A stretch of DNA of 64,000 bases from Eledone cirrhosa. Taxonomy: Eukaryota. This document shows, in pieces, positions 40,590 through 51,477 of this stretch. Each line of letters begins with the position of its first letter. The first letter of the stretch is position 1. The notes beneath the pieces were generated by a model. The model searched no databases and was not told where the DNA came from. It saw nothing but the letters and a program-made list of their open reading frames with translations. A program made the translations under genes and the position numbers. Where the stretch lies: assembly GCA_964016885.1 (NCBI GenBank), contig OZ024740.1, forward strand, positions 413,354,001 through 413,418,000. The letters are read 5' to 3'.

Positions 40590-42732
40590 AAAACCCACCC
40601 ACTAACCCTCTACTGGACGCCTTTGAACAGGACTTACTTAAGATGGTCATGAATACTAAATATAAGAAGTTCAAAAGCAATAAGCTTCATAAAGACATGG
40701 ATACCTTTCTTAACAAGCTGCGCACTACTAACGGGATTATTGTCAAAGCGGATAAAACATCTAACGTGTACATAATGAACATTAATACCTACCACGACCT
40801 TATACGGAAGGAATTACATAAAAATATAAGAAAACCAATAACCAAGCACTAGTTAACATCAACAAACAAGCACACCATATTGTCAAAAGGCTAGAACTTG
40901 AAGATAGAACTGAGCCCATGACAACTTGCACCCCCACCTTTAATCTTAAGGACCACAAATTAGATTTCCTAGATAAACCTACAATTATATTAATATGCCC
41001 TTCTAAGTCAGATATTGGTAAAATTAGCAAGCATATTTTAGATAGAATAATAATACAATTAAGGAATAAACTAGTTATTAAACTTTTGCACAATACTAGC
41101 GACACAATTAAATGGTTTAATAGTATAGATAACAAAAATACCTCTAACTTTATACAATTCGACATTAATGACTATTACTCCTCCATATCACCCGATACTC
41201 TAAACAAGGCACTAGCATTTGCGAAAGCCAACTCTGACTTAACCGACGACGAAATAAACATTATCCTAGCAGCTAGAAAGACGATAATTAAATTTGAAAA
41301 TAACTTTTGGGTACGTAAGGATAGAATAGGTAACTTTGACATAACTATGGGTGGTAATGACTCAGCACAAGTTACGGATATTGTTGGTATTTACATAGCC
41401 CACACCTTACATAATACATTTAGTTACCTTCAAGGCGGAATAAATAGAGATGACGCTCTCCTTTTAGTTAAAAACATGAATAAACAAAACATAGAGCTAA
41501 CCCGTAAGAGCATTAGAAGAACCCTTGATAGCCTTGGCCTTAAAATCACCTACGAATATAGTACCAAAGTAGTTAACTTCCTAGATGCCACCTTCAACCT
41601 CAACAGCCAAATTATCACACCTTTTCACAAAAATAATGACAACCTCACCTACATCCACACTAGCTCTAACCACCCACTATCTATTATAAGGTCCGTGCCA
41701 CATAGTATATCACTTAGAATATCCCGCCTCTCATCTAACCAACAAATATTTGATCAACACGCTGAATATTACAACACTGCATTAGAACGGGCTGGCCACA
41801 CCGACAGACTAGAATACATAGATCGACACAACCATAAAACACATAACCATAGACACGCCAAACGCCCCACAAACACCCGCACACACGCATCTAGACCCCC
41901 TAATACTAACCACACCACAAATACAACAGCAACATCAAAGCAAAACAGAACACGGAGTAGATCTTACATTTGGTATAATCCTATTTTTAACTCTTCTATT
42001 AGCTCTAACTTACCTTCCACATTCTACGAAATTATAAGAAAATACTTTCCAAATTCACATTAATATAGTAGTATGCTCAATACCAAAACAATTAGACTAT
42101 CTTGTTCCACTGCACCAAACCTAGACGCACACATTAAGATGCTCAACGTCAAAAAACTCCGTAACAACAACACCCCAATCACTCAACACAATAATACACC
42201 TAATACACAACCACCCACTAACAAACAGTATGCACAAAACACACTCACACACACATCCCAGCCCACCTATAACTCCACCACTGCCCATAACAGAAATTGT
42301 AATTGCCACCTTCCAGAGACTTGTCCATTGAATAACGAATGTTTGCATTCAAACCTACGGTACAAGGTGCTCGGTTGAGTCGGACAACCAAACCTGGCAC
42401 TACATAGGCAGCACTGCAAACACATTCAAAACTCGTTGGTACACGCATCGTTACACAATAAAGCACCCCCAACACCGTTACGTAACGACCCTCGCCGACA
42501 AAATTTGGCACTTAAAAAGGAGTAACCGACAATACACCCTTAAATGGACCAAACTCTCACATGCTCCTCCATACTGGAGTGGGATGAAAACGTGCCCGTT
42601 GTGTAATATGAGCTCTTCCATATCCTAAGCTCAGGCCACCAACTACTCAACAACAAAATTGAAAGGTCAATCTTTTGCCAGCATAAACTGAAAGCGAAAT
42701 TCTCACATTTCAAACCTTCAACTAAATCTTAA
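40590..42732 (+). pseudogene. PLE RT-GIY-YIG ORF with stops and frameshifts (longest piece 40918-42063)
   Basis: KADKTSNVY; LKDHK; FIQFDINDYYSSI; FDITMGGNDSAQV; GINRDDAL; VNFLDATFNL; SNHP; WYNPIF; CNCHLPETCPLNNECL; YIGSTA; CPLC. Confidence 0.93.
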
Positions 42733-43009
42733 CACTACTTTTCTACCCTAAATAACAATTCTACACTCCTAAAAATAGACTATATATGAAATTTTATACT
42801 TTCTTTCTTCACCTATTCTCTGGTAAAACTTTTGCCTGTCCACTACCAAATGCCACTTAAAATTCTATCTTCCTTATCTCTCCCTCTACTCATCACAACT
42901 TTTAGCACACAATCCTCCTCCCCCTCCCTTCTTGTAACTTAACTATATTCTATACAAATCCTCTCACACCACCCTATCTCTTTCTCTTTCTCTCCCTACC
43001 TCCGTCCCT

Positions 43010-43086
<77 letters not shown>

Positions 43087-43156
43087 CCCCTCTCTCTCTC
43101 TGTTTCTCTATTTTACACTACTACCCTTATTTCATTTCCTAAGGTCATTTCAACTT

Positions 43157-43257
43157 TGTATTTTGAAAATTCGGATGTCAGTATCTTTCTTGATTGCCTA
43201 TTATGACATAGTGTAGCAATAATGGACTGAAATTCTGATGAAACAATTGTTAATACG
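43157..43257 (+). ncRNA. Type I hammerhead fold with TTGAAAA (U3-A8) core and ~70-nt stem II
   Basis: TGTATT-TTGAAAA-tTCGGA..TCAGT...ACTGA..TCTGAt-GAAA-CAATTG-TT-AATACG. Confidence 0.6.
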
Positions 43258-43434
43258 TGGATTAAATCCGTTTGTAACTGTTTACCTTCGTCTTATTTCT
43301 CTTTTTTGATTACACTCCTCGTTTGTTCGTGTTTCCACCACAGAATCCCTACCAACCTGTTGAGTCACCTTACTTATGTTGATAACTTTCCTCACAACTT
43401 GTTCTACCAAGCTTTGGAATATTCCTAATTACTG

Positions 43435-43502
<68 letters not shown>

Positions 43503-43519
43503 CAGTAATAAGGAATATT

Positions 43520-43583
<64 letters not shown>

Positions 43584-43589
<6 letters not shown>

Positions 43590-43890
43590 TAATACAATAA
43601 CAGAGAAAGCCGTAAGCTAAACTCCGACTGGTAACCATCTCACTCAACAAACATTAGGATATACGTTAGTATAATCCCAATTTTGTGTTTGGGGTGCTAA
43701 CTATATGTATTTTGTGGAAAGCCAGTTGCATTATTTTATATGAGATATAATTAAAATTAAAATATATCTCTCTTTCCAAACAATTGTTTCATTATAAGTT
43801 TTCTACAAGTTGGGAGAATTTTTCCAGTTTATGTAGAAGCCTTACATATTTTCCTGTAAGAATATATGTAGGTGGGCACTTATAAATCAT
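43584..43890 (+). repeat. ~305-bp segment duplicated at 44830-45136, directly upstream of U2
   Basis: Near-identical direct repeat. Confidence 0.9.
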
Positions 43891-43934
43891 CAGTGGATGC
43901 CCATTAAACTTTGATATAAGAAAACATTTCTTAC

Positions 43935-43959
43935 CGCAGTTATTTTTCGTGTCCGCCAT
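43935..43959 (-). CDS. Candidate first coding exon of a host gene (MADTKNNC...)
   Basis: gacATGGCGGAC...TGCG followed by donor GTAAGA, just downstream of a CpG-rich patch; no downstream exon identified. Confidence 0.35.
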
Positions 43960-44075
43960 GTCATCCCTTCACGCATCGAATGACCGCCAAATTTGAAATT
44001 CCAGCAGTCTTTAGACTGAGGAAATATCATAGCGTCACGAAGCGGAAAAGGGAGACAATCGCGAGTCACGAGAAA
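43960..44075 (-). promoter_or_regulatory. CpG-rich candidate promoter/5' UTR
   Basis: Local CpG cluster with GCGGAA (ETS-like), TCGCGA and CGTCACG motifs in AT-rich surroundings. Confidence 0.3.
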
Positions 44076-44088
44076 AGTAAAATAATAT

Positions 44089-44839
44089 ACACGTGGGTTA
44101 ATTAGTTTTTTCAAAAACATTATCAATCCTGCGTGTTAAGAACTCAATTAATTTTTAAAAAATAAATGTATGCATGTATTAATTACACACGCATATAGAT
44201 ATTTTCTTAGGCTAAACACAGAGAAGTGATACCTAAATAAAAAACCAATATCTCATAACAGTAATAAATACGGAAAGTTACGTTTAAAAGGCATCTGGAA
44301 ATATAAATCTCTGGCCAAATTAAGAGTAAAATATTTAATACACGTGGGTTAATTAGTTTTTTCAAAACCATTATCAATCCTGTGTGTTAAGAACTCAATT
44401 AATTTTTAAAAAATAAATGTATGCATGTATTATTTACACAAGCATATAGATATTTTCTTAGGCTAAAAACAGAGAAGTGATACCTAAATAACAAACAATA
44501 TCTCATAACAGTAATACATACGGAAAGTTACGTTTAAAAGGCATCTGGAAATATAAATCTCTGGCCAAATTGAGAGTAAAATATTTAATACACGTGGGTT
44601 AATTAGTTTTTTCAAAACCATTATCGATCCTGCGTGTTAAGAACTCAATTAATTTAAAAAAAATAAATGTATGCATGTATTATTTACACACGCATATAGA
44701 TATTTTCTTAGGCTAAAAACAGAGAAGTGATACCTAAATAACAAACAATATCTCATAACAGTAATAAATACGGAAAGTTACGTTTATAAGGCATCTGGAA
44801 ATATAAATCTCTGGCCAAATCAAGAGTAAAATATTTAAT
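44089..44839. repeat. Three tandem copies of a ~250-bp unit
   Basis: ACACGTGGGTTAATTAG at 44089, 44340 and 44590. Confidence 0.93.
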
Positions 44840-45154
44840 ACAATAACAGAGAAAGCTTTAAGCTAAACTCCGACTGGTAACCATCTCACTCAACAAACAT
44901 TAGGATATACGTTAGTATAATCCGAATTTTGTGTTTGGGGTGCTAACTATATGTATTTTGTGGAAAGCCAGTTGTATTATTTTATATGAGATATAATTAA
45001 AATTAAAATATATCTTTCTTTCCAAACAATTGTTTCATTATTTGCTTTCTACAAGTTGAGAGAATGTTTCCAGTTTATGTAGAAGCCTAACATATTTTCC
45101 TGTAAGAATATATGTAGGTGGGCACTTATAAATCATCTTATAAATCACTTATAA

Positions 45155-45341
45155 ATCACTTCTCGGCCGTTTGGCTAAGATCAAAGTGTAGCATCTGTTC
45201 TTATCAGCTTAATATCTGATATGGTCCCTATATGGGACCATCGATATTAAACTGATTTTTAGAACTTGGCGAAGAGTTAGGGGCTTGCACCGCCTTTGCC
45301 ACGTTGGCCTGGTATTGCAGTATATCCAGGATTAGTCCCAT
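45155..45341 (+). ncRNA. U2: U2 snRNA, full-length variant or pseudogene
   Basis: ATCaCTTCTCGGCCgTTTGGCTAAGATCAAAGTGTAGcATCTGTTCTTATCAGCTTAATATCTGATA; stem IIb TGGTCCC/GGGACCA; Sm-like ATTTTTAG; SLIV CCTGG-TATTGCAGTATAT-CCAGG. Confidence 0.93.
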
Positions 45342-45345
45342 CTAT

Positions 45346-45387
<42 letters not shown>

Positions 45388-45674
45388 AAATAACGAAACG
45401 AAATTACATTTCGTTTCGTTTGTAACTCACTTTTGTATGACTGACGCTTAAACAATTAAGTTAAAAATGTACATCCACATATGTATACTGAAATACTAGT
45501 ATGCATATGAATACACACACGTATACATATGTAGATGTACCAAGTTTTTCACTGGTCACTTTACTGTGAGTGTCCAGCTATTCTGTATGTAAACACACAG
45601 ACAAACCGGTTTTTAGAGTCATACTGGTTTTTGAGGAAACACCTTTCCTCTATTCTCCAGAAAGCCAGACAAGG

Positions 45675-45719
45675 AATATTGAACTAGTTTCGTTGTTGTT
45701 ACAACTCATCAGCAATATT
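45675..45719 (-). ncRNA. Minimal type I hammerhead ribozyme
   Basis: Reverse complement of 46053-46097. Confidence 0.88.
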
Positions 45720-46052
45720 TACCTATTTTCCGGCCTTTCTGGAGAATCGTAAAAGCACATATCGTTATATGCTTTTTCTATGAAAATTAGTAGTGGGCAG
45801 ACTAATTTGCATAGAGTGTGAGTACGTACCGGTTCAACGGAGACGATAAAAACAAATAACGAAAAGAAATTACATTTCGTTTCGTTTGTAACTCACATAT
45901 AATTTCGTTTCGTTATTTGTTTTTATCGTCTCCGTTGAACCGGTACGTACTCACACTCTATGCAAATTAGTCTGCCCACTACTAATTTTCATAGAAAAAG
46001 CATATAACGATATGTGCTTTTACGATTCTCCAGAAAGGCCGGAAGATAGGTA

Positions 46053-46097
46053 AATATTGCTGATGAGTTGTAACAACAACGAAACTAGTTCAATATT
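46053..46097 (+). ncRNA. Minimal type I hammerhead ribozyme
   Basis: AATATTG-CTGATGA-GTTGT aaca ACAAC-GAAA-CTAG-TT-CAATATT. Confidence 0.88.
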
Positions 46098-46345
46098 CCT
46101 TGTCTGGCTTTCTGGAGAATAGAGGAAAGGTGTTTCTTCAAAAACCAGTATGACTCTAAAAACCGGTTTGTCTGTGTGTTTACATACAGAATAGCTGGAC
46201 ACTCACAGTAAAGTGACCAGTGAAAAACTTGGTACATCTACATATGTATACGTGTGTGTATTCATATGCATACTAGTATTTCAGTATACATATGTGGATG
46301 TACATTTTTAACTTAATTATATATATATATATATATATATTATTA

Positions 46346-46535
46346 AGGCGGTGGATTGGCAGTATCGGTAGAGGGTCGGATGCCATGATTTTAAGCATAG
46401 AGTTACCTCCCTGTATGATCTAAATTCAAATCCCGTCGAGGTTAACTTTGCCTTTCATCCTTCCGGGGTCGATAGAATAAAGTACGAGTAATGCATTGGG
46501 TAATTGCTGGTCTTGTGCCAAAAGTAGAAACAATT
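46346..46535 (+). mobile_element. Nin/Deu-family SINE
   Basis: Family match; TATATTATTAAG on both flanks. Confidence 0.88.
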
Positions 46536-46573
46536 ATATTATTAAGTGGTAACACAACAGTTAGTTCACCATA

Positions 46574-46613
46574 ACGAGAACAATTGTTTTACGTTAGCGG
46601 ATCTTCAGCTCGT
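46574..46613 (-). ncRNA. Inactivated hammerhead, same family as 38154-38194
   Basis: ACGAG-CTGAAGA...AAAA(for GAAA)-CAATTG-TT-CTCGT. Confidence 0.65.
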
Positions 46614-46650
46614 ACTGGTCTTGCGTATACAGAAACAGATATATATATAT

Positions 46651-46687
<37 letters not shown>

Positions 46688-46851
46688 AACGAGTAGGACC
46701 CCGACGGCTGAATCCAGTGCAGATTTAGCCGTCGAACGGCTTTAGCTCAGCCGTCGGGGACCTACTCGTTCCTATTACCCACTCTAATACCCTAAGTATT
46801 GAGTACTTTGGTGCGTTATGGTCCACCTGGTTCCTTACCACATTTCCTTCG

Positions 46852-46918
<67 letters not shown>

Positions 46919-46929
46919 AATATATATAT

Positions 46930-47222
46930 AGTAATAATAAATGTGAAGACTAAAGTCCGAAGAGGGCTCGATAACGATTAAATATATATAAACTTGTAGA
47001 TCAAATATTTAATATAAGAACAGATTAAAATTTCAGCAATGAATCGGTGCTTTCATCATTAAAGGGATCTTCTGAAACTAAAAAAAAGCAATCTGTGGAC
47101 GAGGAAGTAAATGTTTTCAAAAAATATTTACATCTGCGTCCACAGATTGATTTATTTTTAGTTTCCGAAGATCACATTAACGGTAAAAGCAGCGATTTTT
47201 GCTTCAACTTTTATCTGTTCTT
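46930..47222. mobile_element. Diverged fold-back of the CAGAAGA-HHR pLTR family
   Basis: Minus copy ~47020-47097 and plus copy ~47142-47218 of the 3166-3241 motif. Confidence 0.7.
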
Positions 47223-47723
47223 ATAATATATATATGTAGGTGTGTGTGTGTTAGTGTGTGTGTGTGTGAGTGTGTGTGTGTATGTGCGTGTGTGTGTGTG
47301 TGTGTGTGCAAAAAGCCACTTTTCTAAAGCATTGTCAGTAGAATGAGCCCCTCGTTTTTACTCTTGTGTTGGCATCTAAACAGAACTGTAGAGACCAATG
47401 TTTCTGGGCATCCCCCTTCATCAGTGCAATTCACTGTTCACCTGCCAACTGCCAGAGCTAGTGAAAATATATATTTTCAAAAATATACATTTTCAAAAAT
47501 ATACAGTGACTGATCGGCCTGATTTGCATATTAGTAGACTGATTTGCATTTTAGAAGATCCACTGGTCAGCCAAATTTGCATATCAGCAGATAGGCCAGT
47601 CACTTTCTTGGATACGAGCGATTAATATACGGGTATAATTCCAAACGAATCGAATATTATTAATATTCGAATAACTCAGATTACATTTATTGTATTCAGC
47701 CATGTAGAGCGGCAACTTTTTGT

Positions 47724-47759
<36 letters not shown>

Positions 47760-47798
47760 GGAGGAGGTTATAGTTCACTTGAAGCATTGTGTAATGAG

Positions 47799-48367
<569 letters not shown>

Positions 48368-49835
48368 GTGCGCGTCTGTGTATGTGTCTAGCACTTTTAT
48401 GCTGTTTTGTTTCGAGTGTTCTTTGTGCCACGAAATAAAAAAAAAATTATATATAGATTTTTCTATATCTATAAAGATGGATAACAAATATACATGCACC
48501 TATATGTATACACACTTATGCACGTGCCTAAATATGTGTGTGCGCATCTGTGTAGGAGTGTATTTGTAAGTGTTCTTGAATGCATGTGTGTGTCTGCACA
48601 TATACATGCATACCTCATATGTCATTTGCAAAATGATGTGATAGAAAGGTAACATTGCTCTGTTCATTTATAATATTGTGATGAATTGATTACTGTGGAA
48701 CAGAGTTCACGTCGACTCATTTATTAAATCATTGTAATTCGTTTTCTTTATCTATCCATGATAATTTAGAAAATCAATTTTAACTATAAATCACGTAATT
48801 CCTGTTTGACAATTGGCTATGTATTTCTTAATGAAAGCTATTTGTATATATAATATTGTCATGACGTCTAATCAATTCTATTTACACATTGGCAATAACA
48901 TAACCGTTTTACTTGTTATCGAAATGTTCTATATAATTATTTAACGAGGAGTGTATCTGACTAAGCGATACAAATGAATCCATTATCTACTACCAACAAT
49001 TAAGAGTGGGTCACCTCTTCATTATCAATTGTAATATAGTGTTAAGGATAATGTTCATGCATTAACCATATCAAGCCATTCATAATAGATATACATTAAT
49101 ATAGATGAGTGCATTATTTGTTCCTAGCATTGAATATATTCTGCTATAAATTCTCACAAATTCCTTAAAATCTAGGAAGTAATGAGATAGTTAATTATAA
49201 TGGCATACGCTTTCGAATGGCAATTGTCACGGAAATAAGATATTTTCAGAATAAAATCAAAATTACAACTCACATCGTTTTGCCTAGTGTTGGTTTACAT
49301 CTGTTTCCGTCTCATCGTTGACTCGAACAGGGTGGCATACGTATTCTTAGAAAATAGCGATGTGCATGGTGGCATATATGATATCTTTATGTATCCCAAA
49401 CAGATATAGGCCTTCATATACATCGTTATTATGAAAAAACTTTCAAAGGAAGTTGTCCCTGAAATGTGAATACAAATGGAATAAAACAAGTTTCGCGTGA
49501 ATCGAAGCACGTGTTCCCGAGATATAGGGTTTTCTGGGTACTTTCATAAACAGAGAGAGAAAGAGAAGGATAGAGAGAAAGAGATAGTGGTTGTAAGAAA
49601 GTAGCTTGAAAGGAGACAGAGAAGGAGAATAGAAGAGAGAGAGCTGGTGGTGTTTTTCTGTATATATATATATATGTAAGTGTGTGTGTGTATATATATA
49701 TGTGTGTGTATAAGTGTGTCTGTCTATGACCAGTGTATATAAATCACAGACACCAACATATATATATATAAGTATATTTTGAAACAGTGAGCAGGTTTGA
49801 AATTAGAAAATAGAATAGCTTTCACCGCATGTTTT

Positions 49836-50147
49836 ACTAAAGAAATGTTAGCCTGATAATGGTGTTTAGAACCCTCAGATAAATAAAAAAAAAAGATGAG
49901 TATTGACGTACATGGCAGTCGAGTCCACATTTTGGTTATCCAGACCACAGTGCTACCATTACACCAACACATCATGTGTTGGTGTAATGGTAGCACAGTG
50001 GTCTGGATAACCATGTGTTGGTGTAATTGTAGCACAGTGGTCTGAAGAACCAAAGATGTGGGTTCGACTCCCATGTACGTCAATACTCATCTTTTTTCAT
50101 TTATCTGAGGGTTTTAAACCCCATTATCAGGTTAAAATTTCTTTAGT
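49836..50147. mobile_element. Head-to-head pair of tRNA-like elements (49904-49973 minus; 50013-50082 plus) with a 39-bp head duplication
   Basis: Cloverleaf-like: A-box TGGTGTAATGGTAGCAC, B-box GGTTCGACTCC, acceptor GATGTGT/GTACGTC, oligo-T downstream; anticodon loop differs between copies. Confidence 0.7.
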
Positions 50148-50938
50148 CATATATATATATATACACACATACATAAATATATATATATATATATATACAT
50201 ACACACGCGTATATATACGGGTCTCCCAGTTTCATTTCACATTATATACATGCCTATGTATATTTTAATTATTTAAAAATTATTTTAAGTGAACATGATT
50301 TTTTTTTATATTTTGAAGTGAGCGTGACACAACGGTGGTCTAGTTATATATAAATATAAGTTACACAAACACAGATACACACATACACAAACGTGTGTAG
50401 CCAATTCACTATACATATACATACACGCACAGGTGTAGCCATTTTAGACGCTACTTAGACACCCCTTCCTCTCTCAGTCGACGTAATAACTCTTTCTTTC
50501 CTCTGTCGACGTAATCTCACCTTCCTTCCTCAGGCATCTCTAGTGTGTGATGGACAAATACACAGGGCTATTATAATATTTGATGCTACGTTAGTGCTGC
50601 TGCTGATTAATCCTAGCCACTCAATCTCGCGCTATATGCAAATGAGCATCCGGAGCAGATGTTTCAGACGCAAAAGGTGTATAACCTATGGCTTATTCTT
50701 GTCTCAGTTCTGAGTAGTTAAATCTGAGCGTGGATGGATAAATATCCTGAAACTCTTGTGTGTTGTTTATTACACGTCCCTGAGACATATGTGACTTGAT
50801 CATAGATTATAACAACAGAAGAGGAATGAACAGTCGGCAGCTGCTTACGAGACATTAATCTTCTTCAAAATGAAATAACTCTGTACACATTACCAATGCT
50901 TACAGATATGATTTTACAGATATGATTATGTATCTCGT

Positions 50939-51110
50939 ATGGAGAAAATGCTTTGCTGAATTTATTCAGGGTCTTTCGGTTGTGAGTTCAATTCCAGCCA
51001 AGGTCTACTTTGCTTATCATCCTTTCTGCGTTGATAAGATAAAGTACCAGTAATGCACTAGCGTCAATTTAATTCCCCAAAAATGTTTGGGTTTGTGCCT
51101 AACTAATAAA
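50939..51110 (+). mobile_element. Diverged Nin/Deu-family SINE
   Basis: GAGTTCAATTCC...CTTTGCTTATCATCCTT...GATAA...GTACCAGT; ATTATG(T/C)ATCTCGT on both flanks. Confidence 0.65.
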
Positions 51111-51169
51111 CTACTATTATGCATCTCGTCCTGAACAAGAAGAGTTCAGGACGAGATGCATAATAGTAG
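51111..51169. repeat. Perfect 26-bp-arm palindrome with a 7-nt loop
   Basis: CTACTATTATGCATCTCGTCCTGAAC-aagaaga-GTTCAGGACGAGATGCATAATAGTAG. Confidence 0.92.
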
Positions 51170-51477
51170 CATTATTTATTGCTTTACTAAAAGTGATAGT
51201 TGGAAATTAAAGTAAAAGAATCACGTGAACAACAGAAGATTTTTGAGACCTGTAATATTGCTAGAAATCAGTAAATGATATACACTATAACCTAGAATAT
51301 TCCGCTGTAACTAAATCCTAATTTCAGCTAGGGGGATTTGATATATCTTTAACATATTTCATTAACGGTACATCAAAAGTCTAATTCCATATATTAATGT
51401 CGCACAAAGTAATTGTATTAGTAAATAAATATGGTTTTTTTTCGGTAACAGATGGAAACAACCTCAGAGAGTTTTCT

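Larger units (their letters stand above)
40515..43430 (+). mobile_element. Near full-length PLE with a short inverted pLTR piece at the 5' junction
   Basis: 40515-40588 is the reverse complement of 43231-43304; broken RT-GIY-YIG ORF; (TA)n flanks. Confidence 0.92.
45384..46318. mobile_element. Non-coding HHR element as a fold-back: 419-bp arms (45454-45872 and 45900-46318), 27-bp spacer
   Basis: Near-perfect inverted repeat; 47-bp direct repeat at 45384 and 45850; (TA)n flanks. Confidence 0.85.

Noticed and set aside
40918-42063. Intact 381-aa reverse transcriptase gene
   Set aside because: It is a fragment bounded by a frameshift and a premature stop, with YRDD changed to NRDD
45570-46202. 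Two near-identical 60-aa ORFs on opposite strands
   Set aside because: A by-product of the inverted repeat; no protein features
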